From an uncultured Candidatus Saccharibacteria bacterium (GTDB lineage: Bacteria; Patescibacteriota; Minisyncoccia; Phycocordibacterales; UBA918): a stretch of 64,000 nt of DNA. The stretch is from positions 11,210 to 75,209 of the forward strand of contig CAZQIF010000003.1 in the NCBI GenBank assembly GCA_964593375.1, written 5' to 3'. Under the pieces are notes generated by a model. That model was not told the origin of the DNA and ran no database searches. It saw only the letters and a list, made by a program, of their open reading frames with translations. The position numbers and the translations under genes are program-made. The first letter of the stretch is position 1. Every line of letters starts with the position of its first letter. Below, in pieces: positions 17,556 through 26,131 of the stretch.

Positions 17556-19853
17556 ATGTACCTTAAAGAGCTCACGATTAACGGTTTTAAGTCATTCGCC
17601 AAAAAAGGCGAGCTCGAATTTTCTACTCCCATTACCGCAATTGTAGGACCAAACGGCTCGGGTAAATCAAACGTTGCCGAGGCCTTTCGTTTTGTACTCG
17701 GCGAACAATCTATCAAGTCAATGCGTGGGAAGCGTGGCGAAGACCTCATCTTTAATGGTTCTGAAAGTGTCTCACGTTCAAATCGTGCATCGGTTTCTAT
17801 TACCCTTGAAAACAAAGAGCGGAATGGCAAGAAAGTCTTCCCCATTGATTTTGACCAAATCACTGTTGAGCGCGTAGTGCATCGCGACGGTACGAATGAA
17901 TATTTAATAAATGGTTCTGCAACGCGCCTTCGCGATGTGCAGGAACTCCTCGCGTCGGCAAATATTGGCCCTACAGGCCACCATATTATTTCGCAAGGTG
18001 AGGCAGACCGTATTCTTTCTGCAAGTCCACGTGAGCGAAGAGAAATGATTGAGGACGCACTCGGGCTCAAGGTATATCAATTCAAAAAAGCGGAGAGCGA
18101 ACGTAAGCTCGCAAAGACAAAAGAAAATATCGCGCAAGTTGAATCGCTTCGACGCGAAGTTGCGCCACATCTCAAGTTTCTTGAAAAACAGGTAAAGAAA
18201 CTCGAACGCTCAATTGAGCTCCAAAAAGAACTCACCACACTTTATGCAGAATATTTGCGTCGTGAAGATTCATACATAGCATTCCATACCGACAGACTCA
18301 CTGCGGAAAGGCAGGTTCCAGAATCAAGGCGGAAAGAACTTCTCGAACTTCTCGAATCAGCAAAACAAAAACTAGCAACGAAAGGAAAGGACGAAAAACG
18401 CTCTGAACTCGTCGCACTTGAGAAAAATATTTCACTTGTCCGCTCTAAGCGACAGGAGACAGTTCGTGCACTCGGGCAACTCGAAGGGCAGATTATTTTT
18501 CTCACGCGTCGCATCGAAGACATCAAGAAGCGCGAAGCAATGACGGTGGAGAACCCAATTCCCTTCGATGAATTTAAAAAGGCGACTGATTCAATTGAGA
18601 AGGCAGTGCAACAGGCTTCACAGCATGATGATGTTTCGGTACTCAAGCGAACACTCCGCGATATTTTAAATACACTCGGTGCGCTTCTTCATACTGCGAC
18701 CAAAATTGGGAGTCACAATGGTTCAAAGGAGGAAGAACATGAACTTAAAGAACTTGAGAAGCAAAAGGAACATCACGATACTGAACTCAAAGCGCTCGAA
18801 AAAGAAGAGCATGAGCAGGCAGAGCAGTACGACGCACTGAAGGCCTCAATCGAAGCCGAGCATTCAGAAAACCGTGAAGCTGAGCGCGAGGTGTTCAGTA
18901 TCATGAATGAACAGCGCGAGATAGAGCATAAGCTTGGTAATCTCGATAGAGAACTTGGTGGACTCGAACGCGACCGTGTGGAATTTAAAGATGAACTTCA
19001 GGAAGCCGTCTCACTCCTTGGGCGCTCCGCATCGATGTATTTTGATTACGAAATTATTGGCGAAAACGGAAAGCCACTCAGAGGGGAAGACATTGTCGGT
19101 GAAGAACGAAGCAAACAGCACGAGCGCAGACGAAGTCTTGAGAAGATGAAGATTCGTCTTGAGGAACTCGGTACTGGCTCCAATGATGACGTGCTCAAGG
19201 AATACAAAGACGTGAAAGAGCGTGATGAATTTTTGGTGCACGAAATTGAAGACCTCACCGCATCGGTCGGAAAGCTTGAGGTGCTTATTGCCGACCTCAC
19301 CAAAGAACTTAATGAGCAGTTCGTGAGTGGTATCGATAAGATTGGGGTTGAGTTTAGTAAATTCTTCACACTCATGTTTGGAGGTGGTACGGCGTCACTT
19401 TTGCGTGTAAAGCCAAAGATTCCAAAGAAGGATATTGATGCAGAACTTTTGCCCGAGGAACTCGAATCACTTGAAGTGCCCGAGGAGGAAGAAGTAGAAG
19501 AGGGGATTGAGATTGATGTGAAACTCCCGAATAAGCGCGTGCGTGGACTCGATATGCTTTCAGGCGGTGAGCGAGCGCTTACCTCAATTGCACTTATCTT
19601 TGCAATGAGTCAGGTCAACCCACCACTCTTTGTTATTCTCGATGAGACCGATGCTGCGCTCGATGAGGCGAACTCACGCCGCTACGGCGATATGATTACC
19701 GCACTTTCAGAACGCTCACAACTTATTTTAATTACGCATAACCGCGAGACCATGGGTCGCGCCGGCGTGCTTTACGGCGTCACCATGGCAGGGGACGGAG
19801 TTAGTAAGTTACTCTCCGTTAAGTTTGATGAAGCAGTTGCAGTTGCGAAGTAA
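17556..19853 (+). CDS. smc: Short SMC family ATPase (765 aa)
   Basis: GFKSFA, Walker A GPNGSGKSN, IISQG, coiled coils, LSGGE signature, ILDETDAALDEAN, ITHN; near rnc. Confidence 0.9.
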   Translation: MYLKELTINGFKSFAKKGELEFSTPITAIVGPNGSGKSNVAEAFRFVLGEQSIKSMRGKRGEDLIFNGSESVSRSNRASVSITLENKERNGKKVFPIDFDQITVERVVHRDGTNEYLINGSATRLRDVQELLASANIGPTGHHIISQGEADRILSASPRERREMIEDALGLKVYQFKKAESERKLAKTKENIAQVESLRREVAPHLKFLEKQVKKLERSIELQKELTTLYAEYLRREDSYIAFHTDRLTAERQVPESRRKELLELLESAKQKLATKGKDEKRSELVALEKNISLVRSKRQETVRALGQLEGQIIFLTRRIEDIKKREAMTVENPIPFDEFKKATDSIEKAVQQASQHDDVSVLKRTLRDILNTLGALLHTATKIGSHNGSKEEEHELKELEKQKEHHDTELKALEKEEHEQAEQYDALKASIEAEHSENREAEREVFSIMNEQREIEHKLGNLDRELGGLERDRVEFKDELQEAVSLLGRSASMYFDYEIIGENGKPLRGEDIVGEERSKQHERRRSLEKMKIRLEELGTGSNDDVLKEYKDVKERDEFLVHEIEDLTASVGKLEVLIADLTKELNEQFVSGIDKIGVEFSKFFTLMFGGGTASLLRVKPKIPKKDIDAELLPEELESLEVPEEEEVEEGIEIDVKLPNKRVRGLDMLSGGERALTSIALIFAMSQVNPPLFVILDETDAALDEANSRRYGDMITALSERSQLILITHNRETMGRAGVLYGVTMAGDGVSKLLSVKFDEAVAVAK

Positions 19854-19854
19854 C

Positions 19855-19883
19855 AAATCCCCGCGCCATAGGCGCGGGGATTT
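19855..19883. terminator. Terminator-like hairpin after smc
   Basis: AAATCCCCGCGCC-ATA-GGCGCGGGGATTT. Confidence 0.7.
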
Positions 19884-19929
19884 CAAATGCTAAAAGCTAA
19901 AAGCAAATCACTAAGAGCTAACTCTTAAC

Positions 19930-20109
19930 TCAGATTTGTGCAAGATACGCGACGTGAGAAGCGAATACGTGGAGCTTCGCAAGACCTTGAACAGTTTTTG
20001 TGAAAGGTGTACAGCGTCTGTAAGAGGCGAGACACTAAATGCGAGGCGTACAAATCGTACGATGAGATTTTAGTGACGAAGCGCAACAAAGTAGATTGGA
20101 TAAATCTGA
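19930..20109 (+). repeat. Structured intergenic repeat family C, copy 1 (contains 50-nt module B at 19978-20027)
   Basis: Outer stem TCAGATTTGTGCAA/TTGGATAAATCTGA; core GAGGCGTACAAATCGTACGATGA; CAACAAAGTAG. Confidence 0.8.
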
Positions 20110-20110
20110 T

Positions 20111-22057
20111 TTAAGAGAGTATCTCAAAGTCGAGTTGTCGTTCCTCCATACTAGCTCGTTTGAGCTTGATACGCACCGCTTGCCCGAGTGAATATATTTT
20201 TCCGGTCTTCTGACCTTTGATGCGATACTTCTTTGCTTCGTGAATGAAGAAGTCGCCTTTGATACTTGAGAGACGCACCATGCCTTCAGACTTTGAATTC
20301 TTTTCTTCAACATAGAGACCCCAGTCAGTGACACCGGTGATGAGTCCATCAAATTCTTCACCAACGCGGTCGCACATAAACTCAACTTGCTTGTATTTAA
20401 TGGAATCGCGCTCGGCAGTGACTGCGGTCATTTCGCGCTCTGAGCACTGCACCGAAAGTTTTTCATACTTGGCAAGTTCTTTTCCTGAAATCACTTGACC
20501 GTCTAGGTATCGGCGGAGCATACGATGTGCCATTAAGTCGGGGTAGCGACGAATTGGCGAGGTAAAGTGTGTATAGAATTTAAACGCAAGACCAAAGTGA
20601 CCGATGTTTTTTGTCGTATAGAGCGCTTTCGCCATTGAGCGAATGGTTGCGGTTTTAATGAGATTTTCTTCGGGTGTTCCTTCAATATCTTTGAGGAGCT
20701 TGTTGATGTCGCGTGCATCAACGGTGCCCTTGTGTGTTTTGAATTCGTGACCGAGTGCGTGGAGGAAGATAGCGAGGTCCTCAATTTTTTCTGGATTCGG
20801 AACATCATGCACACGGTAGATGAACGCTGCGTCGCGATTGTTCTTCTTTGCATGTTCGTACACGTATTCCGCGACGCGGCGGTTTGCGAGGAGCATAAAG
20901 TCTTCAATCATGAGCATAGTCTCGGTGCGCACTTTGGTGTATGCACGGATTGGTTTTCCATCCTTATCGATTTCAAATTTTACTTCCGGTTGGTCAAAGG
21001 CAATTGCACCATCTCGGTATCTCTGTTCGCGAAGCTTTCGGCCAATGTTCATGAGAGTGTTGAGTTCCTCGTACATTGGTCCTTGTTTCGTATCGAGTAC
21101 TTCCTGTGCTTCTTCATAGCTGAATCGCTTGTTTGAGTGAATGATGGTTTGTCCAAACCACGAGTTCAATGTTTTTCCGTTTGTATCCATCTCAAAGACT
21201 GCCGAGAATCCGAGGCGGTCTTCATTAGGGCGAAGAGAACAGAGATCGTTACTGAGTACCTCAGGGAGCATCGGAATCACACGGTCAACGAGATAAATCG
21301 ATGTCCCACGTTCGACAGCTTCTTTGTCGATGGGGTCATTCTCACGAACGTAGTGTGAGACGTCGGCAATATGAATACCAATTTCGAAATTTCCATTTTC
21401 GAGCGTGCGAAGGGAAATGGCATCATCAAAATCTTTTGCATCGACAGGGTCGATGGTGCAGGTGGGAACATCGCGCATATCGCGACGTGTTGGGTTTTGA
21501 CCTTGCGTTGCAATGACAGCGTCTTTAAAAATTTGCTCCTTACGTGCGTACAGTTCTTGTCCCGCCTCAGCAATCTTCTCGGGAAAGTTTTCTGAAAATC
21601 CGCCGCCCCGAATAATCGCCTGCATTTCTGTTTCGTGGTCGCCGGCAGGCCCGAGTACCTCAACAATCTCACCAAGTGGTTCTGAAAGCGGGCTCTTCCA
21701 TTCGGTTATACGCGCCACGACCTTCATTCCTTCGTTAGTCTTTGTTGCGTCAGAAAGAAGTATGCGGATGTGGATTCGACGGTTGTCGGGAATGAGGCGA
21801 TAGATTCCCGCCTTCATTTCAACGTTACCAACAAACTCAGCGTTTTTTGGTTCGACAACGCGGAGCACCTTTCCTTCAATGCGCTTTCCGGGGACTTTCT
21901 TAAAAATCTCAATTTCAACGATATCGCCATCAATGGCAAAGGAGAGCGCCTCAGGTGGAATGAGAATATCTTCTTCATACCCCGGTACAGACACAAAACC
22001 CGTGCCTTTGGCGCGAATCATGATGACTCCTTGAAAAGTTGATTGTTTCTGGTTCAT
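20111..22057 (-). CDS. rnr: Ribonuclease R (RNB family, no N-terminal HTH)
   Basis: TIDPVDAKDFDDAIS, HIADVSHYV, IEDFMLLAN, YTHFTSPIRRYPDL, C-terminal S1 domain. Confidence 0.95.
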   Translation of the reverse strand: MNQKQSTFQGVIMIRAKGTGFVSVPGYEEDILIPPEALSFAIDGDIVEIEIFKKVPGKRIEGKVLRVVEPKNAEFVGNVEMKAGIYRLIPDNRRIHIRILLSDATKTNEGMKVVARITEWKSPLSEPLGEIVEVLGPAGDHETEMQAIIRGGGFSENFPEKIAEAGQELYARKEQIFKDAVIATQGQNPTRRDMRDVPTCTIDPVDAKDFDDAISLRTLENGNFEIGIHIADVSHYVRENDPIDKEAVERGTSIYLVDRVIPMLPEVLSNDLCSLRPNEDRLGFSAVFEMDTNGKTLNSWFGQTIIHSNKRFSYEEAQEVLDTKQGPMYEELNTLMNIGRKLREQRYRDGAIAFDQPEVKFEIDKDGKPIRAYTKVRTETMLMIEDFMLLANRRVAEYVYEHAKKNNRDAAFIYRVHDVPNPEKIEDLAIFLHALGHEFKTHKGTVDARDINKLLKDIEGTPEENLIKTATIRSMAKALYTTKNIGHFGLAFKFYTHFTSPIRRYPDLMAHRMLRRYLDGQVISGKELAKYEKLSVQCSEREMTAVTAERDSIKYKQVEFMCDRVGEEFDGLITGVTDWGLYVEEKNSKSEGMVRLSSIKGDFFIHEAKKYRIKGQKTGKIYSLGQAVRIKLKRASMEERQLDFEILS

Positions 22058-22170
22058 GTGGTCTCGATAGTATCACAATATATGGGTACAAACCATGCTT
22101 TTTATGCAATCCCCAATATATTAGAGAAAGCTTGACCGAATTGGTGACTTCTGGTACTCTTCACGGCACT

Positions 22171-22617
22171 ATGTTAATGATGCGTTTACAACGAATTGGC
22201 CGAAAAAACGACCCCTCATACCGAGTGGTTGTTGTTGATTCCCGCCAAGGTCCGAAGAGTGGAAAGCACCTTGATCTCCTTGGTACTTTTAGTCCAAAGC
22301 TCAATCGTGTAGTTATTGATGGAGAGCGAGCAAAGAAGTGGATTAAGAACGGAACTCAGGTTTCAGGAACAGTTCACAATCTTCTCATTTCACAAAAGAT
22401 TATTGAGGGTAAGAAAATTAACGTTCTTCCTAAGAAATCTCCCGTTATCGACGAAGCGAAGATAAAGGCGGAAGCAGAGGCGAAGGCTAAAGCAGAAGCG
22501 GCAGAAAAGGCAGCAAAGGAGGCAGAAGCAGCGAAAGCAGCTGAGGCGGTAGTAGAGCCAGAAGTTGAGGCTCCGGTTGCAGAAGTTGCTCCAACCGAGG
22601 AAGCAAAGGCAGAATAA
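22171..22617 (+). CDS. rpsP: 30S ribosomal protein S16 with Ala/Glu/Lys-rich tail
   Basis: MLMMRLQRIGRKNDPSYRVVVVDSR...LGTFSP...WIKNGTQVSGTV. Confidence 0.95.
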   Translation: MLMMRLQRIGRKNDPSYRVVVVDSRQGPKSGKHLDLLGTFSPKLNRVVIDGERAKKWIKNGTQVSGTVHNLLISQKIIEGKKINVLPKKSPVIDEAKIKAEAEAKAKAEAAEKAAKEAEAAKAAEAVVEPEVEAPVAEVAPTEEAKAE

Positions 22618-22630
22618 TTTGAATTTCAAA

Positions 22631-22669
22631 ACAACACGCGCTTGGGGCAGAGCCCCAAGCGCGTGTTGA
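22631..22669. terminator. Hairpin after rpsP
   Basis: CAACACGCGCTTGGGGC-AGA-GCCCCAAGCGCGTGTTG. Confidence 0.55.
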
Positions 22670-22758
22670 CGTATTGGTTCAAACTGTTACCATTCTATGA
22701 GCACGTTTCGGAAAGGATGAAACGGCAGTTATCAGATTAGTTCTCTAATATAATTCGT

Positions 22759-23115
22759 ATGGAATTAGACCAGCAGTTTCTCGAGCAGCTTGTAACAGCG
22801 CTTGTAGACCATCCAGAATCAGTGAAGATTAACCGAACGGTAGACGAGATGGGCGTACTCCTTACACTCGATGTACATGCTGCAGATATGGGCAAAATCA
22901 TCGGTCGTTCAGGAAACACCGCAAAGGCGATTCGTACACTGCTCCGCGTTGTTGGAATGAAGAACGAAGCTCGTGTAAATCTTAAGATTAACGAACCAGA
23001 AGGAGGAACTCGTTCAGCAGCATCAGCAGATGCAAGCTCAGATGTGACGAGTGTTGATGAGACTCCGGATGCTCCAAAATCACTGGACGAAGCTATCGAC
23101 GGTTTGCGCATATAA
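22759..23115 (+). CDS. khpA: KH domain RNA-binding protein KhpA
   Basis: LVDHPESV, DMGKIIGRSGNTAKAIRTLL (GxxG KH loop); follows rpsP. Confidence 0.92.
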   Translation: MELDQQFLEQLVTALVDHPESVKINRTVDEMGVLLTLDVHAADMGKIIGRSGNTAKAIRTLLRVVGMKNEARVNLKINEPEGGTRSAASADASSDVTSVDETPDAPKSLDEAIDGLRI

Positions 23116-23230
23116 ATTGTACTGTCGGCGAATTTCTTTGTCAGGACGGCAAAAATAATTTTCATCGTACGATTTGTACGCCTCAAACTATTTCCTTGTC
23201 CTTCCTCGAACTTCGCCCGACATTCCAATT
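23115..23230 (-). repeat. Structured intergenic repeat family C, copy 2
   Basis: Minus strand TTCGAGGAA...GAGGCGTACAAATCGTACGATGA...GACAAAGAAA; 23-nt core identical to copy 1. Confidence 0.8.
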
Positions 23231-23312
23231 TCTATGCAGCAAACAAGTTGAAAATAAAACAAACACAAAACCCCGCCGGCTGCGCCGCGGGGTTTTGTGA
23301 TATCATCTCCAC

Positions 23313-23753
23313 ATGGAAAAGGGAAAGGACTATATTGGCATTGCAATATGTTTCTATTGTCATGATGGACAGGGGAACTTCGTTTTAAATAAACGCAATC
23401 AAAATTGTCGTGACGAACATGGACGTTGGGATTTTGGCGGTGGTGGGCTTAAATTTGGAGAAACTTTTCAGGAATGTTTGGCAAGAGAAGTCAAAGAAGA
23501 ATATGGAACTGAGATAGTAAAATGTGAGTTCATCGGATTTGACGAGGTTTTCAGGAATCAAGATGGGGTTGAGACACATTGGGTAGATATCCGATACAAA
23601 GTGCAGCTCGATAGAAATAAAGTTATTAATGCTGAGCCACATAAACACGATGAAATTGGATGGTTTACCTTAGACAATCTTCCGTCCCCACTTCATTCTC
23701 AGTTGCCACACGAGCTCATAAGGTACCGTTCAATTCTGGAAACAATTGGTTGA
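23313..23753 (+). CDS. Nudix hydrolase
   Basis: WDFGGGGLKFGETFQECLAREVKEEYG Nudix box; NAEPHKHDEIGWF. Confidence 0.9.
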   Translation: MEKGKDYIGIAICFYCHDGQGNFVLNKRNQNCRDEHGRWDFGGGGLKFGETFQECLAREVKEEYGTEIVKCEFIGFDEVFRNQDGVETHWVDIRYKVQLDRNKVINAEPHKHDEIGWFTLDNLPSPLHSQLPHELIRYRSILETIG

Positions 23754-23778
23754 AGGAAATATAAATTCGTGCAACACT

Positions 23779-23902
23779 AAAGTTTCAATATAAAGCACCA
23801 GATACGCGAAGTGACTGAACGAGAACGTGAGGCGTATATACATACGATGAATGTTTGAGTGAGGGAAACGACAAAGTAGATGGTGCTTTAGATTGGGACT
23901 TT
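23779..23902 (+). repeat. Structured intergenic repeat family C, copy 3 (ends next to trmD ATG)
   Basis: Long outer stem ...AAAGCACCA/TGGTGCTTT...; GATACGCGA; GAGGCGTAT..ATACGATGA; GACAAAGTAG. Confidence 0.8.
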
Positions 23903-23903
23903 T

Positions 23904-24596
23904 ATGAAATTCCACATAATTACACTCTTCCCTGAAATCTGTCAGACATACACGGATGCCTCGGTTCTTGGTCGTGCCCAGAAGACAGAGAAGGGAAAGG
24001 GAGCAAAGCAAAAGGGAAAGCAGATTGAGGTGAAATACTACAATCCCCGAACCTTCACGACTGATAAGCATCACAAGACCGATGACCGACCATATGGTGG
24101 TGGGCCTGGCATGGTGATGTACGCACTTCCGATTGTGAAAGCGGTTGAAAAAGCTCTTGGCAAAAAAGACCGAAAGAAAGTTAAGGTACTTATTATGTCG
24201 CCACGTGGAAAGAAATTTGATCAGGTGATGGCGAAAAAATTTGCAAAGAATTATACCAACCTCGTGCTCATCTCCGGTCGATACGAAGGTATCGATAGTC
24301 GAGCGAAAAAGATTTTGCGCGCTGAAGAAGTTTCAACAGGGGAGTACGTGCTTACGGGGGGCGAACTTCCTGCGCTCACGATTGTCGACGCGGTCTCACG
24401 AAATATTCCCGGCGTCCTTGGTACCTTTGAATCCCTTGAAGACGAGCGAGTCTCAACGGGGGAAATGTACACACGCCCAGAATCATTTGAATATAAGAAG
24501 AAGAACTACAAAGTACCGAAGGTCCTTATGGGGGGAAACCATAAGGAGATTGAGGAATGGAAGAAAAGTAAGGAAACTCAATCTGCTCTCAAGTAA
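23904..24596 (+). CDS. trmD: tRNA (guanine-N1)-methyltransferase
   Basis: ITLFPE, DDRPYGGGPGMVM, GRYEGID, GEYVLTGGELPA, YTRP. Confidence 0.97.
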   Translation: MKFHIITLFPEICQTYTDASVLGRAQKTEKGKGAKQKGKQIEVKYYNPRTFTTDKHHKTDDRPYGGGPGMVMYALPIVKAVEKALGKKDRKKVKVLIMSPRGKKFDQVMAKKFAKNYTNLVLISGRYEGIDSRAKKILRAEEVSTGEYVLTGGELPALTIVDAVSRNIPGVLGTFESLEDERVSTGEMYTRPESFEYKKKNYKVPKVLMGGNHKEIEEWKKSKETQSALK

Positions 24597-24613
24597 TTGG
24601 TATCATTCTGCAT

Positions 24614-25561
24614 ATGGAAGAATTTCGAATCAACAACGAGAGCAAAAATGAAACACAAGAAGCATTGCTCAGAGAAAAGTTTGATGAACAATTTTCTCAT
24701 TTCGAAACAATTCCATGGGGGGAGTCGAGTATAGAAGTGATTGACCTTACCCCAGATGAAATTACCGAAGCGGTCCCCGTGTTATTTGTGCCTGGTTTTG
24801 GAAAAACACCACGTTCTTATAAAGAGGCGCTGTTTGAGATATACAAATCGGGTCGACGAGTACTTTCTTTGACTGCACCCACAGATAAGGTTGAACTCAC
24901 TAGAGAAGAAAAGAAAAATATTCCGACTGCACAAGCAGAACGTGCATATGCAATACTTCATGTGCTTCAAGAGAAGCGTGTTGGAGAAGTTGACGTCGTG
25001 AGTCACTCCGAAGGTGGAATGAATGCAACCATTGCGGCATCATTGGCACCTGAACTGTTTCGACATTTTGTTTTTGTTGCTATACCGGGAGTCACAGGTA
25101 CACAATCATTTCTCGAAATTGCTAAACGCGGAATCCAGAATCAAATGCAGATTAATCAAGAGATGAGTGAAGCGGACAGAGAAGCAAAAGAACGCTACGA
25201 ACGTTCGAATAACGATATTAAATCTTGGGTGAAGGAACGGGGTATGCTCAAAGGAGCTATTGAAGCAACAAATCCTGGGAGATATGAAATTAGTGATGAA
25301 GTCAGAAAACTCCACAATTCAGGACACGGCATCAGTATTATTTCGGGAGTCGAAGACAAGATGCTTCCTATGGAGGAATATCAAAGAGATGAGACAGGCA
25401 CGCCGAGAAGTGCAGACGACCTGGGTGTCGATGGATTTTATTCCATTAAGAAGGGTCATGGGGAACTGGAAGTGAATGAAAAAGTGGGAATGCTCGCTAT
25501 CCATGCGATTGAGGCTCTCGCACAGAAATACTCCCAAAAAGACAATACCTCTGCGGTGTAA
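24614..25561 (+). CDS. Alpha/beta hydrolase fold protein
   Basis: PVLFVPGFG oxyanion segment, SHSEGG nucleophile elbow, GVEDKM, C-terminal GH. Confidence 0.75.
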   Translation: MEEFRINNESKNETQEALLREKFDEQFSHFETIPWGESSIEVIDLTPDEITEAVPVLFVPGFGKTPRSYKEALFEIYKSGRRVLSLTAPTDKVELTREEKKNIPTAQAERAYAILHVLQEKRVGEVDVVSHSEGGMNATIAASLAPELFRHFVFVAIPGVTGTQSFLEIAKRGIQNQMQINQEMSEADREAKERYERSNNDIKSWVKERGMLKGAIEATNPGRYEISDEVRKLHNSGHGISIISGVEDKMLPMEEYQRDETGTPRSADDLGVDGFYSIKKGHGELEVNEKVGMLAIHAIEALAQKYSQKDNTSAV

Positions 25562-25604
25562 TGGTTTTAGGGTAAAATATCCATGAAATACCACAGGTAA
25601 GCCA

Positions 25605-25633
25605 TTGACTTCTTTTCCTAACTCTGTTAGACT
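25605..25633 (+). promoter_or_regulatory. Probable rpoBC promoter TTGACT-N17-TAGACT
   Basis: Near-consensus hexamers, 17-nt spacer, about 500 nt upstream of rpoB. Confidence 0.55.
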
Positions 25634-25795
25634 CCTCGCCATACGCTATTCGGTCTCGAATGAGTTTCGGTTGTGAGATTTTCATACGCGGAGAATAAAG
25701 AGACAGTCTTTGTCTCGAGCACACAAACGTGATGCACCAATTACAAGCCGAGTAAAAAGGGTGTACGAACTGTACGCGCACTGAGCGCGGATTTT

Positions 25796-25941
25796 GGCGT
25801 GAAGTTAAAGAGTGAGTTGCGAGGAATCGCAGCAACGCAAGACCTTGAGCAGTTTCTGCGAAAGGTGTACAGCATCTGTAAGATGTAGCGACTATAACTT
25901 CAGGTCTGTCACCTTTTCTTTTTCGTTAAAGAAAAGGTGAC
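25796..25941 (+). repeat. Structured repeat family A, copy with module B (25836-25885) inserted in hairpin 1
   Basis: GAAGTTA...GCGACTATAACTTC then GTCACCTTTTCTT..AAGAAAAGGTGAC, parallel to 45685-45765. Confidence 0.7.
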
Positions 25942-26050
25942 GCGTGTTCCTTTTTTCTACTCACATTATTCACAAGGGTGAATGTACACGGCATACACCC
26001 ATGAGAGTTGAGGGGTATTAATAATCTGCATAGTGATTTTAGAGTTAGTT

Positions 26051-26131
26051 CGTCTTTTCAAAGCATTAGGAACAGCAATGAAAAGACGGCCAAGATTCTC
26101 TAATTCGCTACGCTCATAACAGAATCTAGGC
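26051..26131 (-). repeat. Structured repeat family A, copy abutting rpoB ATG
   Basis: CGTCTTTTCAAAGCATTAGGAACAGCAATGAAAAGACG plus TCGCTACGCTCAT hairpin, parallel to 15785-15865. Confidence 0.75.

Noticed and set aside
22737-23228. 163-aa antisense ORF
   Set aside because: Shadow of khpA plus a family C element
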